Part shown: positions 9,734 to 19,122 of the stretch, piece after piece
Layout of the letters: each line of letters begins with the position of its first letter
Numbering within the stretch: the first letter of the stretch is position 1
Source of the DNA: a virus
Lineage: Duplodnaviria; Caudoviricetes
DNA: 64,000 nucleotides
IMG/VR virus record: IMGVR_UViG_3300031555_004294
Coordinates: 96,001 to 160,000 of that record
Direction: 5' to 3' (one strand)
The notes under the pieces: model-generated
Seen by the model: the letters and a program-made list of their open reading frames with translations, nothing else
Database searches by the model: none
Told to the model about the DNA's origin: nothing
Program-made: the position numbers and the translations under genes

Positions 9734-11248
9734 ATGTTAGACACTTTAGTAATAGATTCGTATGAGAGTTTATTAGAATATCAGGCTCTTATTCATGATC
9801 TTGATATAAAGATGATAAAATGTGAGCATGCTGCTATAATGAATGAAGACAGTACTATGTTAGCATTAGCTGAAGAAGAATATAATTCCAAACTTAAAGA
9901 AATACTCAAAACTATTTGGAATAAGATTATAGAAAAAATTGAAGAATTTATAATTCTTATGAGAAAGTTGATAAATAAATTTAGAACTGCATTTTTATTG
10001 AGCAAAGAATTTAAAACTCAACTTGATAACATAGTCAATCATGATGGAGAAATTAAGAATCTCAATGACATAATTTTTAAAACTAACAAAGCAAAGACAT
10101 ATCACCATCCAATTGAGGGAGACGCAGTACATATCAAATCCTTAGAAAAGACAAATGTTGCCTTTCAAGATTCATATGAAATTTTAAGTGATCCTAAAGC
10201 ATTTGATGAAAAGTTAAGGTCATCATTTGATAAAGTAATTTTCATTAATAAATTTGATGAAAATATGGCTAAAGTTGTCTTAGAGAATTTTTCTAAATTT
10301 AGAAAAGATAGTGGAAATATAAAACATTCTATGCTTGAAAAGAATGACATTATAAATGCTTATCATGTCTTAGTTAAATTTGGACCAGAATGGATTAAAC
10401 TATTTGAAAATGCTCGTAGGAAGGCTAAAGAACAGTCTAGAATGGTATTTAGTCCTAATCCAGATAGACATGCTGCTTTACAGGCTAGTATCTTCCAGAG
10501 AATGATTAATAAAGGTATCATGTATATTCAGTCAGTTATGACGGCTTGTTTTAAAATTTGTTATGCTATTAAAAGGATAAATCTACCAAATAGTAACATC
10601 AATATTTCAGAAGAAAAAAAGAAAATTTTAATAGAAATTGAAAAATTGGAACGAAAACCAAATAAACAAAAGGCAATTAAACTTTTAAATTGGATTGAAA
10701 AATTGAAAAAGTTATTTGATAATAGAAAACTAAATGAGGGATTTTCTGATGAATTAACTCTAGAAAATTTGGCTGAAAGAGTTATAAAGACAATGTTAAT
10801 TAAACAGGTGCATATAAATAAATTACTTCAAATTTTAGACAATGATAATAACTTTGAACTTGATCTTAAAGTAATTGAGAGGTTGTATAAGAATAAAAAA
10901 CTTAAAGACCCTATAAGCAGAAAGTTTTGTTATTATACAGCTCTAATTTCATCGATGGTATTATTCAAAAATGGAATTAAACATAAAATTTCATTTGGTA
11001 GTTCAATTGATATTAAAAAGATTGCGGCTTCAAATACAATATACATCATACATGGTTGGGTTAAGGATTCAGACGGTAATATATATGAATCAAATATGAA
11101 TGAATATGCATTGGGAGAATTGATTGGTGATAGATATATTAGATTGCCAGCAATTTCTGTGACAATAGATGATTTTACTTTATCAAAAGATGAATATAAA
11201 AATTTGATAAGAAAAGAATTAATTGAAAAAGTACAAGAATTAATTTAA
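9734..11248 (+). CDS. Putative head protein with a possible C-terminal transglutaminase/papain-like domain
   Basis: N-terminus KMIKCEH...ED..ML..AEEE shared with the 7545 gene. C-terminal FCYYTA...HGWV...D. Late promoter 9682-9693. Confidence 0.5.
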   Translation: MLDTLVIDSYESLLEYQALIHDLDIKMIKCEHAAIMNEDSTMLALAEEEYNSKLKEILKTIWNKIIEKIEEFIILMRKLINKFRTAFLLSKEFKTQLDNIVNHDGEIKNLNDIIFKTNKAKTYHHPIEGDAVHIKSLEKTNVAFQDSYEILSDPKAFDEKLRSSFDKVIFINKFDENMAKVVLENFSKFRKDSGNIKHSMLEKNDIINAYHVLVKFGPEWIKLFENARRKAKEQSRMVFSPNPDRHAALQASIFQRMINKGIMYIQSVMTACFKICYAIKRINLPNSNINISEEKKKILIEIEKLERKPNKQKAIKLLNWIEKLKKLFDNRKLNEGFSDELTLENLAERVIKTMLIKQVHINKLLQILDNDNNFELDLKVIERLYKNKKLKDPISRKFCYYTALISSMVLFKNGIKHKISFGSSIDIKKIAASNTIYIIHGWVKDSDGNIYESNMNEYALGELIGDRYIRLPAISVTIDDFTLSKDEYKNLIRKELIEKVQELI

Positions 11249-11253
11249 TTTTT

Positions 11254-11284
11254 AGAGTATAACCTCATAAACGGTTATACTCTA
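11254..11284 (+). terminator. Intrinsic terminator hairpin
   Basis: agagtataacc...ggttatactct; the same stem recurs at 58212-58241. Confidence 0.65.
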
Positions 11285-11358
11285 ACTTTCTTAACCTTTA
11301 AAACACCCTTCCAACATTCCATTATAAAATAACAAAGGAAAGGAGGAAATAACATTTT

Positions 11359-11982
11359 ATGACTGTAAACAATAGTTACATCATAGATACTCAAACCACC
11401 AATAAATCATTCAAACGAATGTATAAGATACTCAAAACTATTGGAGTTAAGAATAATAAATTCTTCTTAAAACTTTATGATACTAGTTTGCAAGGAGTAA
11501 ATCCTAGAGATGAAGCCAATTTAACTAAAGAACAGAAGATGCGTATACTAGCAGAATGTAAACGTAATCCTTGGTATTTCTTTAGAGAAGTGGTCATTCT
11601 GAATGTTGCTGGTGGTAAAAAAAGATTTGAACTACATCGTGGTAACTTAGCTATTCTATGGTGTATGTTAAACAACTACAACTCAATTACTTTATTGCCT
11701 CGTCAGCATGGTAAAACGGTTTCTACAGTATGTGGTTTTGTTTGGTTATATACCTTTGGTACAGAAAACTCAAACATACTCTTTATGAATAAAGACTTTG
11801 GTGGTTCAAAGAACAACCTAAAGCTATTCAAAGATATCTATGACAATTTACCTTCCTATCTTAAAAATAGAAACAAAAATGACAAAGACAATGTAGAATT
11901 CATTGTCAATGCAACTACTGGTAACACTATTCGTGCAATTTCATCGGCTATTAGTGCAGCTGAAGCAGATAAGCGAGGACGT
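11359..11982 (+). CDS. terL: Terminase large subunit, exon 1
   Basis: NPWYFFRE motif, Walker A PRQHGKT, ends ADKRGR at a group I 5' splice site. Late promoter 11313-11324. Confidence 0.9.
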
Positions 11983-12669
11983 AAATTTAACTGCGTTTCA
12001 ATAGCATAAACTATTGTCAAAAATTTCTTAATTGCTGGGAACATACAAAAAATTTGTACTATCAGCAGTCATTTATAAAAAAAAAAAGAAAGCCTTATAG
12101 AGACTTTCTTTTTTGTATGGAAATACTTTATTCTGTAACTTCCTCAACAGTTGTTTCTTCTGTAAGAGTATCAGGTTTAATTTCTACCAACTCTTCTTCA
12201 GAAGTAACTTCCTCAGTTACAGTTCCTTCATCGTTATTTTCAGTTTCAGCATTTGCTACATCAGATTGGATTTCCTCCAAGATGTTAGCAACCTGTTCCT
12301 TGAGCTTTGCCTTCTTCTTCTTTCTGATGTGGCAAACAGTACCTACTGCTCCTGCAACCAAAGCAACAGCTCCTACTCCAATAGCGATTACACCAATAGT
12401 CTTTCCGTTCATTTTTTAGTTCTCCTTTTTAAATAAAAATTTTTGTTAGAATAATTTATGTATTTCCTTCTAACTCACAATAAGAATATATATTTGAAAA
12501 GTTGAACTTTACGATTTTTATAAATGATTCAACGACTATATATTACATTCAGAATTTGAATGGAAATTGAAATGATCCTTAACACTAGGATTTTGATATA
12601 GTCTCAACTTCTATGGAAACATAGAGAATATTTTACATGAACTAATGACTCATGTATCAAGATTTTTTG
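11983..12669 (+). mobile_element. Group I intron (IA-like) in terL
   Basis: P1: exon GGACGU pairs with intron GCGUUU, U.G at the splice site. P AAUUGCUGGGAA (~12030), Q UAUCAGCAG (12060), R UUCAACGACUA (12528), S GAUAUAGUC (12595), P7.1 hairpin, terminal G 12669. Splicing restores GR|GLTSPLIYYDEFAF in frame. Confidence 0.93.
12128..12412 (-). CDS. Small single-pass membrane protein encoded antisense inside the intron P6 loop
   Basis: AAAAGGAG RBS, N-terminal TM helix then RKKKK and an acidic tail. Own early-type promoter 12483-12495 and terminator ~12077-12112. Confidence 0.8.
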   Translation of the reverse strand: MNGKTIGVIAIGVGAVALVAGAVGTVCHIRKKKKAKLKEQVANILEEIQSDVANAETENNDEGTVTEEVTSEEELVEIKPDTLTEETTVEEVTE

Positions 12670-14109
12670 GGTTTAACCTCACCTCTTATCTACTACGATG
12701 AATTTGCTTTCTTAAAGTTTAACAAAATCCTTTGGCAAGCAGCTGCACCTGCACAGGGTCAGGCAAGAGAAGAAGCTCGTCGAAATAAATCATTCTACTC
12801 AGCAACTATAACTACTACACCAAACAATATAGATAACAATCCTGAATCAGAAGGAACTTGGTGTAAGTCAGAAATGGTTGATAAAGCATGTCGCTTTGAT
12901 GAAGCCATGTATGACTGGACTAGAGAAGAAGTTCTTGAATGTCTGGCTAAGAAATCTGATAACGACTTTTTATACATTGAGTTTTCTTACAAACAACTTG
13001 GTCGTGATGAAGTATGGTATAAAGAAAACTGTCGTGCATTAAATAACGACCTTCTTAAAATCAAACGTGAAATTCTTCTTGAATGGACAAAAGCATCTGA
13101 CGTATCAGTATTCTCTGAGGAACAGTTAGTTGCAATAGAAAAGCATTTGAAAGAACCAGTATCTAAATTAGTCATTGACAGATATTGGTCTATTGATCTT
13201 TATAGAACAGACTTTGATTATCTTAAACCTTGGGTAATTTCTTGTGACGTTGGTACTGGCCTTTCGCAAGACGCTTCTGCTATAACTATCTTCCATCCTA
13301 TAACATTTGAAATCATAGGTGAATTTAGAGAGAATAAAATAGATACAGAAGACTACAAGCATTTACTTGAGAAGTTGGTTGGCTTCTGGTTCCGTAATTC
13401 ATTGCTTACCATAGAGAACAACTCTATTGGTATAACGATCATACAGTACTTAATGCGAACAGTTGTAGCTAAGAACTTGTACTATGAATACAAGGATCGA
13501 AAAGGTACTAAGATAGAGAAATCTAAGACTGAGTTAACACATGTTAGTAAAAAAGAAAAGGTACAAGTTTATGGTATTTCAACTACAAGTAATTCCTCTG
13601 GTAGTGGTAGCCGTGACTTAATGTTAGAAATTTTGAACGATACTATAAACACACAACCTGAATTATTAGCAACACCCAACCTATTCTCGGATATTAAGGG
13701 ATTAGAGAGAGATAATAAAGGAAAGATCGGCCATGGTCTTGGTCTCCACGACGACTCTCTCTTTTCTTATTTAGTTGGACGTTACACTCTAGCTTATGGT
13801 ACTAACTTAGCTCGTTTCCAAATGCCAGTAGATGGTAAAGAACCTGCAGATAGAAAGGCTAGTATGGCACGTATGTCACATAATTTACAAGAAGCCAATA
13901 GACTATCAGTTAGACCTGGTGCTACTAAAGCATTCGGTTATAATGGATTAGCAAATCAAGAAATTGAACAAGCTAGCTACTTAGAATTAAGAAAACAAAT
14001 AGATGCTGGTGGTAGAATTGGTGTTTATACTAGTATAAGTCAAATTGAGGAATTAGATAAGAAAAGTAAATACCGACTATTAAGTTCTGACATTTGGGAT
14101 AACAAATAA
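12670..14109 (+). CDS. terL: Terminase large subunit, exon 2
   Basis: Walker B YYDEFAF, TTTP coupling motif, RNase H-like nuclease residues CDVGTG...D, IENN, HDD. Confidence 0.9.
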   Translation, partial: GLTSPLIYYDEFAFLKFNKILWQAAAPAQGQAREEARRNKSFYSATITTTPNNIDNNPESEGTWCKSEMVDKACRFDEAMYDWTREEVLECLAKKSDNDFLYIEFSYKQLGRDEVWYKENCRALNNDLLKIKREILLEWTKASDVSVFSEEQLVAIEKHLKEPVSKLVIDRYWSIDLYRTDFDYLKPWVISCDVGTGLSQDASAITIFHPITFEIIGEFRENKIDTEDYKHLLEKLVGFWFRNSLLTIENNSIGITIIQYLMRTVVAKNLYYEYKDRKGTKIEKSKTELTHVSKKEKVQVYGISTTSNSSGSGSRDLMLEILNDTINTQPELLATPNLFSDIKGLERDNKGKIGHGLGLHDDSLFSYLVGRYTLAYGTNLARFQMPVDGKEPADRKASMARMSHNLQEANRLSVRPGATKAFGYNGLANQEIEQASYLELRKQIDAGGRIGVYTSISQIEELDKKSKYRLLSSDIWDNK

Positions 14110-14116
14110 CAAACAT

Positions 14117-14161
14117 ACTTCTGGATTTAACCAAATCTTTTATAGGTTAAATCCAGAAGTT
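14117..14161. terminator. Long inverted-repeat terminator
   Basis: acttctggatttaacc...ggttaaatccagaagt. Confidence 0.6.
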
Positions 14162-14208
14162 TAATCTCAACAAAAAATTATAGAATACAAATTTCATACA
14201 AGATTGGA

Positions 14209-14940
14209 GTGTTTATATACGTTATGAGCAAAAAACATACTTTTGTAGATGAAAATGAATACCGTAAAAATCCACCTAAAACTTTAGATGAACATCTTTT
14301 TTATGGTTTGATGTTGGATGAAAGTCAGAAAAAGTTTAGAGATGCTATTTGGAACCCTGAAAAGCTTATAGTGTTTGCTAATTGCAAAGCTGGTACTGGT
14401 AAATCAACAATTGCAGTTGCAACTGCTAACTTGCTAGTCGAGTATGGTTTGTACAAGGGAATAGTCTACATAACAGCTCCAACGCAGGAACAAAAGTTAG
14501 GATATCTTCCTGGTAGTATTGAGGATAAAACTGAACCTTACTTTGAGCCTTTATATGAAGCTCTGGTAAAATTGAACTTAAATCCCTTCAATATTGTTAA
14601 CCAAACGTCTATAATGCTTCAAAAAACTGGAAATGGTTACATTGATGCATTAACGCATGTATATCTACGTGGTTGTAACCTTGAAAATAAGGTCATTATC
14701 TTGGATGAAGCACAGAACTTATACTTTGACGAAATGAAGAAAGTTTTAACTCGTATTCATGATAACTGTAAAGTCATAGTAATAGGACATTGTGGTCAGA
14801 TAGATTTGTATCATAATCCTGAACGTAGTGGTTTTGCTAAATATATTAATTGGTTTAAAGACGATCCTAGAACTGAAGTATGTGAACTTAATAAGAATTA
14901 TCGTGGTTGGATTAGTACTCATGCAGATGATCTAGAATGA
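14209..14940 (+). CDS. phoH: PhoH-family ATPase
   Basis: AGTGKS, LGYLPG, YLRG, ILDEAQN, LTRI, GQID motifs. True start may be ATG 14224. Confidence 0.92.
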   Translation: MFIYVMSKKHTFVDENEYRKNPPKTLDEHLFYGLMLDESQKKFRDAIWNPEKLIVFANCKAGTGKSTIAVATANLLVEYGLYKGIVYITAPTQEQKLGYLPGSIEDKTEPYFEPLYEALVKLNLNPFNIVNQTSIMLQKTGNGYIDALTHVYLRGCNLENKVIILDEAQNLYFDEMKKVLTRIHDNCKVIVIGHCGQIDLYHNPERSGFAKYINWFKDDPRTEVCELNKNYRGWISTHADDLE

Positions 14941-14986
14941 TGATAAAAAAAAAGAACTAAAGGAAGTAAATTTCCTTTAGTTCTTT

Positions 14987-15511
14987 TTATAACTCTGTTC
15001 TCTTAACTTCTACTACGTCATACTTGCATTTTATGCTATCAAGTATAGACTTTACATCTCTGCTCTCATTCTTAGTCTTAGCAAAGATTTCTAGTTTACC
15101 ACCTTTTTTCATCTTACTATAATAGACACTAGTATATGTGTAAGCTATGTTTCTCTTATCTAAGATATCAACAGTCTCATACAATACTTGAATGTCCTTT
15201 ATAGTTACTGAAATTTTCCATACTTTATCTTTCTTTAGAACATCTAATAACCAAAGTGCAAAATATACACCGATCAAGTTAGTAAAGAAAGTTACTAAAG
15301 CAGCAATCCAAGTATCACATTCAGTGATCTGTTTTATAATTACTGTGTTGATTGTATAGTTGATACAATTGATTAAAGTTGCTACATTTTTACTAGCTTT
15401 GACAGTCAGAACTGTCTTTAAAGTAGAAATAACGACATTTAGCAAACTTGAAAGGAAGAAAACTAAAACAGTTACAGAAAAAAGCTCTTTTACGATTGGT
15501 TCCAAATTCAT
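14987..15511 (-). CDS. Membrane protein, DUF2179/DUF5698-like
   Basis: Three N-terminal hydrophobic segments (NVVISTLKTVL, FFTNLIGVY) plus a soluble C-terminal domain. Confidence 0.6.
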   Translation of the reverse strand: MNLEPIVKELFSVTVLVFFLSSLLNVVISTLKTVLTVKASKNVATLINCINYTINTVIIKQITECDTWIAALVTFFTNLIGVYFALWLLDVLKKDKVWKISVTIKDIQVLYETVDILDKRNIAYTYTSVYYSKMKKGGKLEIFAKTKNESRDVKSILDSIKCKYDVVEVKRTEL

Positions 15512-15815
15512 ATGTTACTCCTTTCCTTTTAAATTTCATCGGAATGGGTTGTTCCTTAAATTTTGTCAGTAAAAAATTAAAAACCTTATCACTAACTAGA
15601 TTCCATTTTACAAATTCGTAATATGCCCTAAAGAAATCAATTTCTGCGTCACTCTCAAAATAATATTCTGGCATTACTGATAAGAGATCTATAAAATTGC
15701 AAAAACCTCGTTCGCTTAAAAGATCCTGCGAATTATAGAACAATTGAGCTGTCTTAGATTTTGGGTAATACTTAAATGCTAAGTCAAATATCTGTTTTTT
15801 AGTTGGTTGTGGCAT
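15393..15815 (-). CDS. Hypothetical protein with TKKQIFDL leader
   Basis: CAGGAG RBS before ATG 15815, MPQPTKKQIFDLAFKY. The 3' end overlaps the next gene by ~120 nt. Confidence 0.6.
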   Translation of the reverse strand: MPQPTKKQIFDLAFKYYPKSKTAQLFYNSQDLLSERGFCNFIDLLSVMPEYYFESDAEIDFFRAYYEFVKWNLVSDKVFNFLLTKFKEQPIPMKFKRKGVTYEFGTNRKRAFFCNCFSFLPFKFAKCRYFYFKDSSDCQS

Positions 15816-15875
15816 ATAATATACTCCTGTAAAATATCCCTTCTTAGAAATCATTCTAAGAAGGGATTAGTATCT

Positions 15876-16004
15876 TTAGTGTTTCTTAACACTTTCATTT
15901 AGCTTTTCTTTAGCTTCTTTTACTTTTTGTTTCTTAGTTTTTGGTAGGACTTTCTTAATCTTTTCTTTAAGACTTACTTTTTCAATTCGTTTAGGATTTA
16001 TCAT
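15876..16004 (-). CDS. Small basic protein (42 aa)
   Basis: GGAG RBS, MINPKRIEKVSLKEKIKK...; below the ORF-track length cutoff. Confidence 0.5.
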   Translation of the reverse strand: MINPKRIEKVSLKEKIKKVLPKTKKQKVKEAKEKLNESVKKH

Positions 16005-16008
16005 AACT

Positions 16009-16479
16009 TTACTCCATACTGTTTATTAGTGATGTTTTAATGTTATCAGAAATCTTTTGATTCCTAAATACATTGCTCCAATTTAGTTTCCATCTGTTTC
16101 TTAATAAAAAACTTCTAGACAAATCTTGATATTGAGATATCATTTCCCAATCTACTTCATCTTCATGTTTTTCTATAAAAGTCTCTTGTAATTCTTGTAC
16201 CATACAAATATCGTGCCAGTCTACTCTATCTTTAAACTTTTCTATTAGTGCCTCTGATAGATTTTGTGTAGATGACATTAATTGGAAATCTAGGTAAGGT
16301 GCAAATCTTACTATGAACTTCTCAGTTAACTTATGTCTGACTTGTATATCCTTCCAGTACTCTTTACGATTGTACCAGGTTTCATACTTATCTTGTATTG
16401 GACTATTATAGTTACTCTTCTTTAGCAATTGGATTTCCGTCTCCATCAAGTTCATCTTTATTCTCACTTTCTGACACAT
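16009..16479 (-). CDS. Tryptophan-repeat protein
   Basis: ~23-aa repeats Q-x-LSE-x-FI-xx-F-xxx-VDW. Confidence 0.75.
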   Translation of the reverse strand: MCQKVRIKMNLMETEIQLLKKSNYNSPIQDKYETWYNRKEYWKDIQVRHKLTEKFIVRFAPYLDFQLMSSTQNLSEALIEKFKDRVDWHDICMVQELQETFIEKHEDEVDWEMISQYQDLSRSFLLRNRWKLNWSNVFRNQKISDNIKTSLINSME

Positions 16480-17053
16480 TTTTAGTTGGTTTATAGGTTA
16501 GAACTTCTTCTAAATGGTCTTTTGTATAAAGGAACATCTTTGACAACACTATTGGATCCACATATGACTTCTTAAAATACACGTCGAAATCTATATAATC
16601 CTTCATCTTTAAGATAAAACCAATTGAGAAACGTTTATTTTTGCTTACCATTTGCCAATTAACTTCATCTTTGTATTTTTCAAGGAGTTTGTCATCATCA
16701 TAGAAATCTGATAATCGTGAAATATGTTTCCAATGTTTAGGTGTTAATCGACTATCATATTTCTCTAAAAATTTTTTTATTAACTGTCGTCCACTGTACT
16801 TTTCGTCATGACTCCAAAGTCCATTATTACAAACAAGTTTATCCCAATCTATAACATTTTCAAATTCTTCTACAAACTTATATTTCTTATCAATGTCACC
16901 TAGGATGTACATACGCTCTGTTATGACATCTATAGTTTCAAATGGTCTTCCTTTGTTAAGATCTTTATATTTTAGATGGTATTCTGCAAGTGGAAGATAC
17001 GTCATCAATAAATCAAATTTTTGTTTCTTTGTTAATTGTCTTCTATTTTTCAT
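16412..17053 (-). CDS. Tryptophan-repeat protein with LTKKQKFDL leader
   Basis: Degenerate Trp repeats (KYKDEVNW). Confidence 0.7.
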   Translation of the reverse strand: MKNRRQLTKKQKFDLLMTYLPLAEYHLKYKDLNKGRPFETIDVITERMYILGDIDKKYKFVEEFENVIDWDKLVCNNGLWSHDEKYSGRQLIKKFLEKYDSRLTPKHWKHISRLSDFYDDDKLLEKYKDEVNWQMVSKNKRFSIGFILKMKDYIDFDVYFKKSYVDPIVLSKMFLYTKDHLEEVLTYKPTKNVSESENKDELDGDGNPIAKEE

Positions 17054-17594
17054 CTGTAATTAAATCTCCATGTGACTTTAAAAAATCTTTTAATTGAATC
17101 ATAAAATCATGACGATAATAATTTTCATTTGCAAATGTAATTTCATTAACACTATCAATAAATTCTACAAATTCTTGTAGATTAAATTTTTTAGACTTGC
17201 TTATCAAATACCAATCAAGTTTATCTTTGTATTTTCTCAGAAACTTATTAAATTTCAGATATCTCTGATTTTCAGAAAAGTATTTCCAAATCTTTATTGT
17301 AAAATGTTCATGAAACAGACCTACAAATTCTATAAGTGTATCTTCATTCATCCATAAACAACATCCACCATCTAAAATTGTAGTATACCAGAGTATATTG
17401 TTCTCATATCCAGCTAAGAAATCTATTAAGCCGTCTTTGTCATTCTCAAAAATACGTCCTAATTTCAAACAAAACTGCCTTTTCAGAAAATAATCCATGT
17501 CACTGTTTATTGTAATTTCTGGATACATCTTCTGAAACATTGGTTTATAAACCATTTCCAAATCAAATATTTGTTGTTTGGTTAACTTTTTCAT
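17043..17594 (-). CDS. Tryptophan-repeat protein with LTKQQIFDL leader
   Basis: KYKDKLDW repeat, AGGAG RBS, early-type promoter 17633-17645. Confidence 0.7.
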   Translation of the reverse strand: MKKLTKQQIFDLEMVYKPMFQKMYPEITINSDMDYFLKRQFCLKLGRIFENDKDGLIDFLAGYENNILWYTTILDGGCCLWMNEDTLIEFVGLFHEHFTIKIWKYFSENQRYLKFNKFLRKYKDKLDWYLISKSKKFNLQEFVEFIDSVNEITFANENYYRHDFMIQLKDFLKSHGDLITDEK

Positions 17595-17694
17595 TTGTAT
17601 ATAATCTCTCCTTTTCTCTTTCTATTCAAACAAGAATATATATTTAAACAATAAATTAAGTATGTCTATATATGTATAATTTGAATGAAGAAAG

Positions 17695-19071
17695 GTGGTG
17701 ACTTATAGATATATGGCAAGATTAGTCGAACAAAAAATCATACATGAAAATATCTTAAGACACTTACAGAATTCTTATACCTATCAATCTAAGCGTTTAC
17801 AAGGAACACCTGTCTTTACCACATACTATAATCGTAACATTAGTGCTTCAGATCAAGATCAAATTCTTGAAACTGTTAAAGATTTATTAGGCACTGAAGG
17901 ACCAGTAAAGTATAATAAAGTAAACGATTTTCCATTGTATTTGGCTGGCGAGGTTAACCCAAATTTAGAGTTTGATGAATCTTTTGGTTTAAATACTGAG
18001 GGAACTGGTGAAGCAGTAATATTACCCAACACCATTAAACCTTTTGTAGATGATTTTTTCCATGTTGACTATATGGATGAAAATGTTATATTCCGTATCA
18101 CTAAAGTTGAGATGGATAAGATCAACGGACAAAAATTCTACAAAATTGAATATGAACTTTCTCATCATCTTGTAGAAGAAACTGAGGAAAAGGTAGAAAC
18201 AGAATATTCTGTAGAGTATGACAATATAGGAACTAAGAACAATCCTATTATAGAACAAACCAAATTTTTAACCATAGAAGCAATTAACGAGCTTTTAGTA
18301 AAGTTAAGAACTTTCTATGTCAATTCTTTCCTAAATCGTAAGTACAATGTATTTATATATCGTTACAACGATAAGAACATTTACAATGAGTTTCTAATTC
18401 GTTTTCTTATCGATAACAAAATTCTTGAAAATACTCAAAGAAAATTTTTAGGAAGTTACTACGTTCAAGATATTTTTGTAGATTCACCTACTTTCTATGA
18501 AGTTTACGAAAAGACTCTTTACAAAGCGTTGGAAGAAGATGATATAAGTTACTTTAAGTTTGAAGATATGGTAACAATGGAAATTGTCAAGAATGATAAA
18601 TCTAATCCATTTAGTTTAGACTATAATGAGTATTATAGAGTTTGTTATGTACCTTCATCTGTAAGTACTCAACATCAAACTGTAAGTAACCTTGATCGGA
18701 CTTACGAAAACTATAAAAATAATGTAACCATTTCATTATCATATGACGACGTTTTTGGTAGATTAGGAAATACAAATTATGGTTTCATTGAGAAAGCTGA
18801 TCCTGAACATTTAGTGAGACACAACTACATTATGCCAGAAAACTCTCAATTTGTTATCAACTGCAATAGTGGAATTTTATTCGATGATAACAGAGAATAT
18901 TTTCTTGAGAATTTACTGATAAAATATTTTAACAAAACATTAGTAATCGATAATGAATTGATAGAACAACTTAGTAAACATAATTTCTATCCAACGTTTA
19001 GAGAATTTCTTTTAGTACCATGTTTGATTTTTATCTTGAAAAAAGAAATAACTCTTTTAACAAATTCATAA
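17695..19071 (+). CDS. Putative virion structural protein (possibly neck/connector)
   Basis: Late promoter 17647-17658, 458 aa. Start may be ATG 17713. Confidence 0.45.
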   Translation: MVTYRYMARLVEQKIIHENILRHLQNSYTYQSKRLQGTPVFTTYYNRNISASDQDQILETVKDLLGTEGPVKYNKVNDFPLYLAGEVNPNLEFDESFGLNTEGTGEAVILPNTIKPFVDDFFHVDYMDENVIFRITKVEMDKINGQKFYKIEYELSHHLVEETEEKVETEYSVEYDNIGTKNNPIIEQTKFLTIEAINELLVKLRTFYVNSFLNRKYNVFIYRYNDKNIYNEFLIRFLIDNKILENTQRKFLGSYYVQDIFVDSPTFYEVYEKTLYKALEEDDISYFKFEDMVTMEIVKNDKSNPFSLDYNEYYRVCYVPSSVSTQHQTVSNLDRTYENYKNNVTISLSYDDVFGRLGNTNYGFIEKADPEHLVRHNYIMPENSQFVINCNSGILFDDNREYFLENLLIKYFNKTLVIDNELIEQLSKHNFYPTFREFLLVPCLIFILKKEITLLTNS

Positions 19072-19122
19072 AATTAACAGAAAAAAATTGAATTTTCTTT
19101 TGAAAGGAGGAACTTTGTTCCA

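Noticed and set aside
11359-14109. Terminase as two separate genes, a pseudogene or an intein-split gene
   Set aside because: A complete group I core and in-frame exon junction explain the break
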